This document shows positions 53,001-59,908 of a DNA stretch of 64,000 nucleotides, piece after piece. Every line of letters starts with the position of its first letter. The first letter of the stretch is position 1. The notes below the pieces were generated by a model. The model did not search any database. It was not told the origin of the DNA and worked only from the letters and a program-made list of their open reading frames with translations. The translations under genes were made by a program, and so were the position numbers. The stretch is from an uncultured Candidatus Saccharibacteria bacterium. GTDB taxonomy: Bacteria; Patescibacteriota; Minisyncoccia; Phycocordibacterales; UBA12088. The stretch covers positions 7,687-71,686 of the forward strand of contig CAYPBQ010000004.1 of assembly GCA_964409035.1 (NCBI GenBank), read 5' to 3'.

Positions 53001-54643
53001 GTACTTTGTACGGACTCGGGTGGTCATACAATCCAGACTACGGAGGAGCGGGTAATAACCCTCAATCAAAGGCGGGTCTTAATCATCAACTACTCCTAAT
53101 GATGAATGGTGTCACATATACAGCACTTGGAAATGGTATTTGGACAGCGGGTAAAATAACCACGACTGGAGGTATTGCAAGCTCTGGTGGGACAGTTCTA
53201 TCAAACTATGCTGGCTCAGGAGATATCTGGTTGCCGTACACTGATGGGAATTCATATTTGCGTAGCCCAACAAACTGGGTAACAAATACTATTCGAGCAG
53301 AAAATGGAAATTGGTACTTGCCAAATAGCGGAAGTGCCTATTTCAATCAGGGTAGTATGGGTATTGGCACCACCTCGCCTGTCTCAACTCTTGAAGTCAG
53401 TCGCACTTCTCAAGATAGTAACTCGGTCAACTCATACGGATTTAATGTGACGAATGGTAATGGAAAAATTGGTATGGGATACGACTTGGCGGACAACATG
53501 GCATACATCCAAAGTTATAGATATCTCGTCTCGTGGAATAACCTAGTTATCAACCCACATGGAGGTAATGTTGGTGTTGGCACCATATCTCCTAACCAGG
53601 GCAAGGTAGAGGTAATGGGAGGATCAGTGTGTGTAGATACGAACTCCGATGCTAATGCTTCATCATGTATCGCAAACGAATCCGATGTGCGCTTGAAGAA
53701 AAATATTGAAACACTCTCTGCGAGTTCATCACTTGCAACTCTCCTTACCCTTAACCCCGTTACCTTTGATTGGCGAGTTGACGATCCTGAGGTGCTCTCG
53801 CACTACCCACTTATCTCTCGCTTCGCATCGTCAACACACTCAGTAGGACTTATCGCTCAAGAGGTGCTTGAAGCATATCCACTTGCGATGGGTACAGAGA
53901 CGGTGGGAGATAGTGAGGTGCAATATTTCCAGCTCGATTATGAAAAATTTATACCGCTTATTATTAGTGGTGTGAAAGAGCTTGCAATACGGGTAAATAC
54001 CTTTGGGGATACGCTAACCACACTCACCGGAAAAGTAGATGAGCTTGCCCTTGCAGTTACTACCCTTACCACAAAAGTCGAGGAGGGAGTGATAGCGAGC
54101 GGTAATGTAATAAGTAGCGGTCTATCACAATTTAGCGCGCTGTGGGTGGGAGAGATTGCAGTTGGTACAAGTGAAAAACCAACCGGTATTACTATGTATG
54201 ATGAAGTAACAGGTGAGCCGTATTGCTTTAAGATACGAGAGGGACAGATAGCTACCACTCTTGGTGTGTGTAGTACTATACCTACTGATGAGGATATGGA
54301 TACTGATGCTGATACAGAAGCTCCGATTATTGTGATAATGGGCAATAATCCTGCACAAATTAGTATTGGTGAGACGTATAATGATTTAGGAGTAACGGTT
54401 ACAGACAATATAAACCCAAATGTTGGGTACACTGTATTTGTTGATGGGGTAGAAGTATCAAACATTATGCTCGATACTTCAGTTGAAAGAACATACGAGA
54501 TTAAGTATGTAGCAGAAGATCAAGCAGGGAATATTGGTACCGCAACCAGAACGGTGATAATAGCCCCAATAGAAAATACGCCTCAAGAAGATACAGAGGT
54601 ATCAGATGAGGGTGATGTGCCAGAGGGTACACCATCTGAGTAG
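41054..54643 (+). CDS. Giant (4529 aa) tail-fibre-like secreted adhesin with peptidase S74 chaperone and DUF5011-type Ig domain
   Basis: Signal peptide, INYQGKLTD N-domain, ~30 G(N)VGIGTxxP modules, 14-aa NTxG repeats, two CBM-like domains, SDVRLKKNI chaperone, DTEAPII.IMG.NP Ig domain. Confidence 0.85.
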   Translation: MQSLLKTTAYIVNFILLFEAVVFPFSYSTAQAQVAFTRQINYQGKLTDTVGGVVADGNYNLRFKLYTSATGGSPIWTETWCYSPNAGITCNGTGVNNRPALVNGLFSVMLGSTTALTSINFNQPLYLGVEVGGTGTTPTWDGEMSPRKRLGTVPSAFEAENAQTVGGVASSSLLRSNTSDAYTSGTLTFDSGTSLVVNGNATFARATTTNATTTHLYIGTDVWLNGERFTDLTGTGLKNTAGALQVDDTVFLSLSNWFATTTDALDEGSSNLYFTNARVAAYINASSTIPHVAGGAFGNILRWSGSAWQSVATSTLRIAIGDTTGTLSVARGGTGATTLTGVLKGNGTSAFTAMTGTANYVTRWTDANTLGTGVLYDNGTNVGIGTTTPIDKLFVYGGDVSVGKSSNTSFTGTRIYTGGVERAQVLANIDSTDGGKLVFYTKASGGSITEAARFDQAGRMSIGVGATPSGRLHVAGSGNVLFMNSGNTGIGTTSPYAKLSVAGHVVGAYFTATTTSTSTLPRTNITRLTLGGDYVTDITGTGLSVSSGSLNVSAVPASALSLTQGYTYVGNASNVASATSTLFISTAKNVGVGTTVPAAKLQIQGSGGIGQSVMIDNRELKFRGDGDAHYSIFANRIAGTLTIEETSANGDVGYAGSVRLAIQKTTGYVGIGTDTPLSKLDVVGGSLGVRSSTLTNGSIYINPGGSDYAGYIDFYKAGPTRIAYLGYKDGGSGNLGLNLENSASFNINGGNVGIGTTSPTALLHVRKDQNEGTKSRVVNLSSGTNAFSQFSVDALGASLYNYAIGSGYTTAGRYVAASGALDAVGAGGLSISASDGSGVIRFYTAGDNERLRITSTGNVGIGTTSPYAKLSVAGHVVGAYFTATTTSTSTLPRTNITRLTLGGDYVTDITGTGLSVSSGSLNVSAVPASALSLTQGYTYVGNASNVASATSTLFMSSASRVGIKQTSPGTTLDVGASTLDTIRSYGGFVGHASANIDGTGAAAYFPNGLYSNAATSWIYGNVYFSAGASVIQSDGDVGIGTTNPTGRFSIVSADSPYMFTVSGASKGVRFEGNSTGVILSGVDNTLASSYQPLYMNGSYLGFQNSTTEVMRITGNKVGIGTTNPNYKLTVSAGDQDGISVVSSGTARMEFNPDGGGAVVFNNADANGFYFNQNGTTRVTFDGSGKVGIGTAAPDTILHISSATPVLRIDASNNNVDSTLQFLGRDSNSGQTSKVQFVQGVTETVSGIGATLNILTTKESSGGSTFTSSMFINKLGNVGIATTAPAYKMDVNGYINTSGITGGYKMQGNTVLYASTTNTSLAVGASSAAAWMRASSSQKYSIAMGYQALAATPTGNPTKNTALGFYALSANTSGTQNTSIGANTLQQNTTGSYNTAAGVLSQYANTTGSYNTSYGYASLFSNTTGTDNTALGFQSLYYNTSGVHNTAVGQNTLLSNTTGSYNSAFGLQALQSNTSGIHNTSIGRTSMYLNTSGSYNAALGMYALYYNTSATTSTAIGWGAGQGSTNYSNTGGTYVGYAAGYNLGNASNYNTLIGLQTGFGITTGARNTVIGNSTIAASYNQITTGSNNIAIGNDVAVPSATASNQLVIGNLIYGTGLSGTGSTVSTGSIGIGIVNPTGKLQVVGDEVRVGDSGSVDIATADGDLFVEDDLEVDGEIYASTILSGDTNLVPNWQFESDGAWPDPADTVETTFIDGESIKAHRSVESGTGCYGWGHSPTFLVNPTKTYEFSVWIKSTENDMNNYFGFFAYDASGTQISTSPFDNPYFRGDENDPNEWHRWSGYIMPSYSDDNANGFPDAGDSPQTRGVDYSWPSNTVSAKVRFGSCYGDGSNTGLSYFAYPQVKEIQPDKRFVEGDHTIYGDLVVGQSGATNKVDIASGTRSATHASGLPLYVTGDIGAASSGIEFRHSNGSQGIGFGYNTIYATGSNSSQELNFTTKGTSGMHFQIGGNTKMAINGTTGNVGIGTTTPGVKLDVVGSIRAYSNALNNATIDQTKIAFINTTNTAAFDVGLLGGTSDAIAYLYNRANAAMIFGTNNSSRMTIDGSGNVGIGTTNPGQKLEVTGNTTITGTLRVGASTGGSGTAGDIVARRSATTGAYYFGDSTSNYLYFDGTNYIFGLGGLYVNTNGNVGIGNTSPSQKLDVVGNIKSTGYGIFPTGIAPAVTGAPDGKIFSPSGDYLGATTWGINYNEGTPDYIEFNNASGATSRIALDDGSAHFALSGGSVGIGTTAPGSKLVVSGGNVTIAPTGSEIAAGYNPLYVNAPVASSVTTDEEVSTAGINIRGYGDNVNLQLGVGGSALNYSGWIQASYDNGGTGGVEPLLLNPAGGNVGIGTTSPTKKLSTYHTGSQNGIEIAGYVPTLYFRNVGYTGDHYHISVAETGTNSTFAIKNETDGTYPFAIDGAGKVGILNSSPTYSLDVSGTGRFTDDLYMESGLKRENNSLDDTDSSLYMQYYSSGGGVVIGDSGVDHDLTVYGTGTFNEYIYLPDSNTRLSEGAGNALRMQTNSGYIDIGAQNTSYAHIYTDRPAFYTNAPVRVQGSLSVGSATYAGTDAPTNGAIIEGNVGIGTTNPASFKLQVAGNVGPETDATYDLGSSAKRWNNLYLTNAPIIGGYHDLTNDNLLSNGDFETGTFTGWTASGTTGVVSAGAYAGNYSAQSTGNQTVLSDDYIPVDPDYDVLQLEGWFKETTTGSPTPGVLYFGYIAYDESKVAITTSPCGTYCYFAASGYNIPNDGAWHKFSATTNGEGTSYPNFPVGTKYVRVLMLMNYAASSNEVTRFDHVTLKRVNNGPLFVGNNFSTTNLADQNQATKLYTTASNNFVIEPPSSGKVGIGTASPRQKLEVIGISQISYADGGNDFLTIQPYTDGYTYFNSHGDGAGEGGFRFRTNDGAAESMVITHSGYVGIGTTGPGNLLSVNQAGNATVGTGTTYGIALYNQGTLNAGLGSDASSVFLQSWAGKPLHINNQGNNTILNYGGGGVAIGALSSPSYTLDVRGDTRTSRLRLLGEGTDSGQSNCYYCMYQEGGAWSSPYPDLRIQFHTGIKMEAYHAYGGIKMYNGYDGSGNPAGLAFSVGDGDQTVRSYQNFYAPIVYDQDNASYYLDSSASGTSLNTAGAIYAGADVIVGNQIVLSQANGTDNGSPSITPFATDDFSYDGDYLSHYGFGFYSNSGSGGTHAYMNGYYGLDFFTSGTNRMRIRSDGNIGIGTVAPSAKLTIITSSDSAPSTISAYDARHISVGPSVSDAIAFSKTTGGSSYITSLRPGVAWDPLAIQASTFTFNPGGGTSSFYINSSGNIGIGTTGQQEKVQIFKDGTPAEGNFGLSILSASADSELALGASASGDYSYIQSFSDGVSWTNRPLILQPNGGAVTIGAVANPRTNTVLDVAGGIGMGRLGTFGTYNSSQIQGIWSISPDYLISTGSNNGGNAYGMAYSYDSNGVGISGYGHQIVFVGNGTRYASIGVDSGHAYFAGNVGIGTTAPGVKLDVVGNIAVSGSNGNSIYTWTNSDTNWRMGMSNSPGFTRALATTHTSYVTYSNGAGQGFAVGVNGGNSSFEVAGSDHTAYFRGNVGLGTAAPESKLEVNGGALTMQRDNVLHYRNVVHYRVNAPDQPGTMQIEMPKLWSDTMITVTIKGYDYDASAVGAGAWEVVVSGYNYGAGPYWVNTSAEIRGNAPFTQVRLARNGSKNVILLGDTSTDWDYPQVAVTDVVAGYSSQTGWGSGWSISLLSSEASISVVTTPNLNMGRFADGSASAPTLSFFTDTNTGIYRPGSDIIGFTTGGTERLRLDGSGNLTFSGANPTIQSGGSYFVIPNGVYFSGGTSYFQTNTNFRANIQNDTAAYLTIAGGTSGNTYFSGNVGINTSAPSVKLHVNAGAAEAIRIQGTAAYMSFYDTAGSDRFGYIQHTGSNLALVNEEAGILSFYTSNTERARFDSSGNLIFNRVGIGAVGSYDATKTQAVWSMGSSYVLPPDGGTTSYGTLYGLGWSYNPDYGGAGNNPQSKAGLNHQLLLMMNGVTYTALGNGIWTAGKITTTGGIASSGGTVLSNYAGSGDIWLPYTDGNSYLRSPTNWVTNTIRAENGNWYLPNSGSAYFNQGSMGIGTTSPVSTLEVSRTSQDSNSVNSYGFNVTNGNGKIGMGYDLADNMAYIQSYRYLVSWNNLVINPHGGNVGVGTISPNQGKVEVMGGSVCVDTNSDANASSCIANESDVRLKKNIETLSASSSLATLLTLNPVTFDWRVDDPEVLSHYPLISRFASSTHSVGLIAQEVLEAYPLAMGTETVGDSEVQYFQLDYEKFIPLIISGVKELAIRVNTFGDTLTTLTGKVDELALAVTTLTTKVEEGVIASGNVISSGLSQFSALWVGEIAVGTSEKPTGITMYDEVTGEPYCFKIREGQIATTLGVCSTIPTDEDMDTDADTEAPIIVIMGNNPAQISIGETYNDLGVTVTDNINPNVGYTVFVDGVEVSNIMLDTSVERTYEIKYVAEDQAGNIGTATRTVIIAPIENTPQEDTEVSDEGDVPEGTPSE
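42521..43917 (+). repeat. 284-bp internal duplication (42521-42804 / 43634-43917)
   Basis: Identical ~95-aa peptide. The last 170 bp are DNA-identical; the middle patch is diverged at synonymous sites. Confidence 0.9.
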
Positions 54644-54672
54644 TTGAAGTAATATGACACCATCAATCATAT

Positions 54673-55203
54673 ATGAATAATTTTTATAGAAACAAGCATG
54701 GATTCACTCTTATAGAGCTGCTCGTTGTCATCGCTATTATTGGGCTTCTATCATCAGTGGTATTTGCGTCATTAAATACCGCGAGAGGAAAAGCTCGTGA
54801 TGCCCGAAGAAAAGCCGATCTTGCGGAGCTTCAAAAAGGACTAGAGTTGTATTACGACACCTACGGCGGGTATCCATCAAGTGCGTGTCCTGCGGTTGAT
54901 TATCAAATCGAGACAAGTCTTGCAATGGAATCAAAGATGCTCCAGTTTCTACCGACATTTCCAAAGGATCCTCAAGATGGTAGCTGCTACAATAATTCAT
55001 ACCTTTATATTAGTAACGTATACAACAACTGCAGCGCCCCAAATGCTGGAGCGACACAATATGCGCTATACGCAACGCTAGAAGACCAGACACAAAACAA
55101 CTTAAACCCCGCAAGTGGTACCGACAATTGGCTCCGTGGTGGCGCTGGAGCGTGTGGTAATAGTAACCGACCAAATTACAAAGTAACCACAGGCGGCATA
55201 TAG
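54673..55203 (+). CDS. Type IV pilin-like prepilin (P2)
   Basis: HG|FTLIELLVVIAIIGLLSSVVFASLNTAR.KARDA.R. Confidence 0.9.
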   Translation: MNNFYRNKHGFTLIELLVVIAIIGLLSSVVFASLNTARGKARDARRKADLAELQKGLELYYDTYGGYPSSACPAVDYQIETSLAMESKMLQFLPTFPKDPQDGSCYNNSYLYISNVYNNCSAPNAGATQYALYATLEDQTQNNLNPASGTDNWLRGGAGACGNSNRPNYKVTTGGI

Positions 55204-55258
55204 GGATTGGGAATAAGCAGCAAGATGTTCAAATTAAACTAATGTATACTACACAGTG

Positions 55259-56296
55259 ATGAAAAGAATACGAGTAGCAATAAATGGATTTGGAAGAATA
55301 GGGAGGGCATTTTTTAGTGTTGCTAAGAATGTCCCTGAATTACAAGTAATCGCCATCAATGATTTAGGAGACGCAGAAAATCTTGCCTATTTGCTTAAAT
55401 ACGACACGGTATATGGAAGGAGTGGATTTGATCCAAAAATAAAAAAGGAGGGGAGTGCGGTATTTATGGATGTTGAGGGTAATCACACTCGATTTTTATC
55501 GGAAAAAGACCCAACTATGTTGCCCTGGAGTGAGTTAGATATTGATATAGTACTTGAATCAACTGGTGTGTTTGCAAGTTACGAGAAGGCGCGAGTACAT
55601 CTTGAGGCGGGAGCTAAGCGGGTTGTTATTAGTGCGCCAGTAAAGGATGAGGCGCCTTCTGGGATCATCGGTGTTACGGCGCTTATGGGTATTAATACTG
55701 AGCTCCTTAAAGACGCGGATATATCTTCTAATGCATCGTGTACCACTAATGCGGTATCTCCAGTAATACAAATACTTCACGAAGCTATTGGAATCGAAAA
55801 GGCAATGCTCAATACCACCCATGCGTATACCGCAAGTCAGTCTATAGTTGATGGTACTAAGCCAAAGGATTGGAAAGAGGGAAGAGCTGCGGCACACAAC
55901 ATTGTCCCCACCACTACCGGCGCGGCAGTTGCAACCACCAAGGCAATTACTGATCTTGCAGGAAAGTTTGATGGAGTTGCAATGCGTGTGCCGGTTATCG
56001 CAGGTTCAATTGCTGATATTACTTTTGTTGCAAAGAGGCGTACCTCGGTAGTAGAAGTAAATACCGCCCTCAAGGAAGCGGCACTTACCCCTCGTTGGAA
56101 AGATGTATTTTCTTTCACTGAAGAGCCGATAGTATCAAGTGATGTACTTGGACAGCCTTTTGCTTCTATCGCAGATCTTTCTCTCACTCAGGTAGTAGAC
56201 GGTGATTTGGTAAAGGTGCTTGCGTGGTATGACAATGAAATGGGCTATACTCACTCACTCATACAACATGTAAAGGAAGCAGGAAGGTATGTATGA
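55259..56296 (+). CDS. gap: Type I glyceraldehyde-3-phosphate dehydrogenase
   Basis: AINGFGRIGR, SNASCTTN, AWYDNEMGY. Confidence 0.97.
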   Translation: MKRIRVAINGFGRIGRAFFSVAKNVPELQVIAINDLGDAENLAYLLKYDTVYGRSGFDPKIKKEGSAVFMDVEGNHTRFLSEKDPTMLPWSELDIDIVLESTGVFASYEKARVHLEAGAKRVVISAPVKDEAPSGIIGVTALMGINTELLKDADISSNASCTTNAVSPVIQILHEAIGIEKAMLNTTHAYTASQSIVDGTKPKDWKEGRAAAHNIVPTTTGAAVATTKAITDLAGKFDGVAMRVPVIAGSIADITFVAKRRTSVVEVNTALKEAALTPRWKDVFSFTEEPIVSSDVLGQPFASIADLSLTQVVDGDLVKVLAWYDNEMGYTHSLIQHVKEAGRYV

Positions 56297-56835
56297 AAAT
56301 AATAAATAATCCATCTCTATCAATAAGTGACGTAAAAAGAGGATTTACCCTCATAGAACTACTTGTAGTGATTGCCATTATCGGGCTACTTTCATCGGTG
56401 GTATTTGCGTCACTTAATAGCGCGCGCACAAAGGCGCGTGATGCTAAGCGACAGGCAGATTTGGGGCAAATACGAATAGCGCTAGAACTTTACTATGACG
56501 CAAATGGCGCATACCCCATAGGTGGTTGGTGGTATAGTTGCGATTCGTCCTGGAATAACTTACAAAGTGCCCTTGCTACGTATATGCCTAACTTGCCGAA
56601 GGATCCAGTTAACACATCATGTGCGGGTCCGTGGAATAACGGCTACTACACATATGTGTACGGCTCTGGCTCTGGGCAAAAATACGATCTTATAGGACAG
56701 TTTGAAAATACTAGTCATCCAGAGCGATGTGCAGTACGCGGGTGGCGATATCATGATTGGGGAGGAGGAACTTACTGGTGTAGTTACGCGGGCGGTGGCT
56801 ACGGTTATAGCCCCTACATGTTTGCAGACCATTAA
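56293..56835 (+). CDS. Type IV pilin-like prepilin (P3)
   Basis: RG|FTLIELLVVIAIIGLLSSVVFASLNSAR; ATGA overlap with the gap stop. Confidence 0.9.
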   Translation: MKIINNPSLSISDVKRGFTLIELLVVIAIIGLLSSVVFASLNSARTKARDAKRQADLGQIRIALELYYDANGAYPIGGWWYSCDSSWNNLQSALATYMPNLPKDPVNTSCAGPWNNGYYTYVYGSGSGQKYDLIGQFENTSHPERCAVRGWRYHDWGGGTYWCSYAGGGYGYSPYMFADH

Positions 56836-56843
56836 AATACAGT

Positions 56844-57299
56844 ATGACAAAAAAGACAGTAATCATTGGTGCTGATCATGCAGGCTTTGCACTCAAAAAA
56901 GCCCTTATTTCATATGTTCAAAATGAGCTTCAACATGAGGTGGTTGATATGGGAGCCACTGATTTTGATGAAAATGACGATTACCCCACTATACTTATTC
57001 CAGCGGTCTCCCGAATGTTGGGCTCGCTTGAAAATAGTGTCGGTATTTTTATAGGAGGTTCAGGGCAGGGAGAGGCGATAGTAGCTAATAGGTGTAAAGG
57101 GATACGAGCCGCGGTGTACAATAATGACAATCTCGAATTAATTAAACTTGCGCGAGAGCATAATGACACAAATGTTCTATCGATTGGGGCGCGGTTTATT
57201 TCTGAAGATGGCGCAAAAGAGGCGGTAGCACTTTTTCTTGCAACTGATTTCTCCAACGAAGCGCGTCATGTTCGTCGTATTGCACAAATAGATGCTTGA
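56844..57299 (+). CDS. rpiB: Ribose-5-phosphate isomerase B
   Basis: IGADHAGFALK, DDYP, GGSGQGEAIVANR, AREHNDTNVL, RHVRRI. Confidence 0.93.
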   Translation: MTKKTVIIGADHAGFALKKALISYVQNELQHEVVDMGATDFDENDDYPTILIPAVSRMLGSLENSVGIFIGGSGQGEAIVANRCKGIRAAVYNNDNLELIKLAREHNDTNVLSIGARFISEDGAKEAVALFLATDFSNEARHVRRIAQIDA

Positions 57300-57795
57300 T
57301 ATGCTAATGATAAGAAAAACATCCGGATTCACCCTCATCGAGCTTCTTGTTGTTATCGCTATTATTGGGCTACTGTCATCGGTGGTATTTGCATCACTTA
57401 ATAGCGCACGAGCAAAAGCACGTGATGCGGTGAGAAAAACACAATTAGCTGAGGCGATGAAAGCACTTCAATTATATTACGACACCTATAATACCTTTCA
57501 GGTGGCTGGGTCTGGGTGGCAGGGGTGTTCGTGTGGGTGGTTCGACTATCAAGATTCAGGTTCATACGCTCTATCTGTCTCAAGAGCGCTTGTAAATGCG
57601 GGTTTGGTTAGTGGAGAGATTTCGCACCCAACACCCGGGCAGTACTACATGATATATCACCCATACGGAGCAACGGTTGGAGTCTGTTTGTATGCTCAGC
57701 TTGAAAATCCTACTGCGGAGGATAGAGCAAAGTATGCATCACAGCCTAACAACCTTGATGGCTATGGTATGAATTATGCTGTTTGTTCGCGATAA
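57292..57795 (+). CDS. Type IV pilin-like prepilin (P4)
   Basis: SG|FTLIELLVVIAIIGLLSSVVFASLNSAR. The start could also be 57301 or 57307. Confidence 0.9.
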   Translation: MLDMLMIRKTSGFTLIELLVVIAIIGLLSSVVFASLNSARAKARDAVRKTQLAEAMKALQLYYDTYNTFQVAGSGWQGCSCGWFDYQDSGSYALSVSRALVNAGLVSGEISHPTPGQYYMIYHPYGATVGVCLYAQLENPTAEDRAKYASQPNNLDGYGMNYAVCSR

Positions 57796-57804
57796 TTTTA
57801 TTTT

Positions 57805-58479
57805 ATGAATGTTCAAATTCTACCCGCTATATTGCCTACATCACACGCAGATTTAGTTGAAAAGGTTGCACTTGTCGTGCCTCCTGCGACTCGTATTCAA
57901 ATTGATATTGTTGATGGTATATTCGCAGCGCCATCCACATGGCCAATAGCCAATAAAGCGGATAATGAATGGCAAGAAATTCTCACCCAAGATAGAGGGC
58001 TTCCTAAGTGGGAGAGTGTTGAGTATGAGATTGATCTTATGGTAGAAAACCCAAGAGAGCATATGGATGCCTGGATTGACGCAGGTGCCTCTACACTCAT
58101 ATTTCATTTTAACTCTTCCATACTACCTGCATTGCAAGAATGTATTTCATTGGCACATGAGCGTGGAACACAAGTAGGTCTTGCGATAAAACCATCTAGT
58201 GAAGGTTATGAAGATTTGTTAGGTGGTATTGACCTTATCCAAGTAATGGGGAGCGATACCATTGGTATGCAGGGCACTCCACTTGATGAACGTATATATG
58301 ACATCATTGCGCGGCTACATGCTAGTAGCGAGGTTACGATTGGTGTAGATATTGGCGTGAATAAACGTACGCTAAAAAAGCTAGTTGCTGCAGGAGCAAC
58401 ACACTTTGCTGTTGGGTCAGCTATATTTGGCGACTCATCACCTAAAGATGCGTATAAACAATTACTTGAATTGGTGTAG
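57805..58479 (+). CDS. rpe: Ribulose-phosphate 3-epimerase (divergent CPR type)
   Basis: ILPAIL, QIDIVDGIF, EIDLMV, GLAIKP, VDIGVN, GSAIF. Confidence 0.85.
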   Translation: MNVQILPAILPTSHADLVEKVALVVPPATRIQIDIVDGIFAAPSTWPIANKADNEWQEILTQDRGLPKWESVEYEIDLMVENPREHMDAWIDAGASTLIFHFNSSILPALQECISLAHERGTQVGLAIKPSSEGYEDLLGGIDLIQVMGSDTIGMQGTPLDERIYDIIARLHASSEVTIGVDIGVNKRTLKKLVAAGATHFAVGSAIFGDSSPKDAYKQLLELV

Positions 58480-58487
58480 TAAGTGCT

Positions 58488-59000
58488 ATGAGACAAAACA
58501 GCGCATTTACCCTCATAGAACTACTGGTCGTTATCGCTATCATCGGACTACTGTCATCGGTGGTATTTGCGTCACTTAATAGCGCACGCACAAAGGCGCG
58601 TGACGCGACGAGACTTGCAGAAATCCAAGAAATTGTAAAAGCACTTGCGCTGTATTATTCAGATTATAATGCGTATCCTGATTCAGATTTTGATGGGTGC
58701 GGTGGATGGGATAATGGTAATCTCGCGTATCCGTTACTTAATGGTAGGGGCATGGATACATATTTTTCAGGGAGAGTACCTATCGATGAGGGATTTTCTG
58801 GAAACTGCCAAGGATACAATTATTATAGATATCCTGCGGGCTATGCTAATTGTGATAGTGCTCGCGGAGCGTATTTTGTGCTTGGGGTAAGAGATATGGA
58901 AACATCAGGTAACCCACATCCTGATTCACCAGGGTGGAGCTGTCCATCTAGAGACTGGCAAGGAGAGTTTGATTATGTGGTCGGAGGGTTTGAGCGTTGA
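58488..59000 (+). CDS. Type IV pilin-like prepilin (P5)
   Basis: SA|FTLIELLVVIAIIGLLSSVVFASLNSAR, with Ala at -1. Confidence 0.9.
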   Translation: MRQNSAFTLIELLVVIAIIGLLSSVVFASLNSARTKARDATRLAEIQEIVKALALYYSDYNAYPDSDFDGCGGWDNGNLAYPLLNGRGMDTYFSGRVPIDEGFSGNCQGYNYYRYPAGYANCDSARGAYFVLGVRDMETSGNPHPDSPGWSCPSRDWQGEFDYVVGGFER

Positions 59001-59043
59001 TATGTGGATACTGAAAGCTGCTACTTGAGGTATCATGGTAATG

Positions 59044-59907
59044 ATGGCATATCTAACAGAGGAGAAACGATTATTTCTTGAACAAAAAGCAAACGAAGTA
59101 CGTCAGTTACTGATCGACATGCTTGAGGATGCAGGATCAGGGCACACTGCAGGCCCTTTGGGTATGGCAGATGTATTTACTGCGTTTTATTTTCATATTC
59201 TTAATCACAACCCTAAAGAACCAATGTTTCAAGATAGGGATCGATTCATTCTTTCTAATGGACATATCGTACCAATTAGATATGCAACTATGGCGCTCGC
59301 TGGTTATTTTAGTGTTGAAGAAGCAAAAACACTTAGAAAGTTTGGCTCAAGGATGCAGGGACACCCAGAGCGCATATTATTACCAGAAATGGAGACCACT
59401 TCTGGTCCACTAGGAACAGGGCTTTCTCAGGCTGCGGGTATTGCACTTGCTGCACGTATGGATAAAAAAACTTTTCGCACCTATTGCATGATGGGTGATG
59501 GAGAGCAGGACGCGGGTAATGTGTGGGAAGCAGTAATGTTTGCGGGAAAGTATAAACTATCTAATCTCACCGCCATCATAGACAGAAACAATATACAAAT
59601 TAATGGTATGACTGAAGAGGTTATGCCACTTGAACCCCTACGAGATAAATATGAGGCGTTTAACTGGAATGTGATTGATATAGATGCGCACAACATGGAA
59701 GCTATTGTTGATGCGGTAGAGCAGGCAAAAGCAGTGTATGAAAAACCTACACTTATCATTGCGCATGCAATTGCAGGTAAGGGAATAAAGGAAATCGAGT
59801 ATGATTATAAGTGGCACGGTATACCGCCTAATAAAGAGCAAGAACAAAAGTGGCTCAAAGAACTTCGTTCATTAGGAGGAAAAATAACTCCAAGTAACCA
59901 CGATTAA
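59044..59907 (+). CDS. tkt: Transketolase, N-terminal (TPP-binding) subunit
   Basis: GSGH.AG.LG, DRFILSNGH, QGHP, GDGEQDAGNVWEA...DRNNIQ. Confidence 0.95.
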   Translation: MAYLTEEKRLFLEQKANEVRQLLIDMLEDAGSGHTAGPLGMADVFTAFYFHILNHNPKEPMFQDRDRFILSNGHIVPIRYATMALAGYFSVEEAKTLRKFGSRMQGHPERILLPEMETTSGPLGTGLSQAAGIALAARMDKKTFRTYCMMGDGEQDAGNVWEAVMFAGKYKLSNLTAIIDRNNIQINGMTEEVMPLEPLRDKYEAFNWNVIDIDAHNMEAIVDAVEQAKAVYEKPTLIIAHAIAGKGIKEIEYDYKWHGIPPNKEQEQKWLKELRSLGGKITPSNHD

Positions 59908-59908
59908 T

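Noticed and set aside
32094-54643. Prophage (holin-family gene, excisionase-like HTHs, tail fibre)
   Set aside because: No integrase, terminase, capsid or portal. The genes are embedded among secA/obgE/gatB and the fibre has a signal peptide.
56291-56847. GTATGA direct repeat flanking P3 as a target-site duplication
   Set aside because: Excision would restore a gap/rpiB ATGA overlap, but TATGA is common at starts here and the other pilins lack equivalent repeats.
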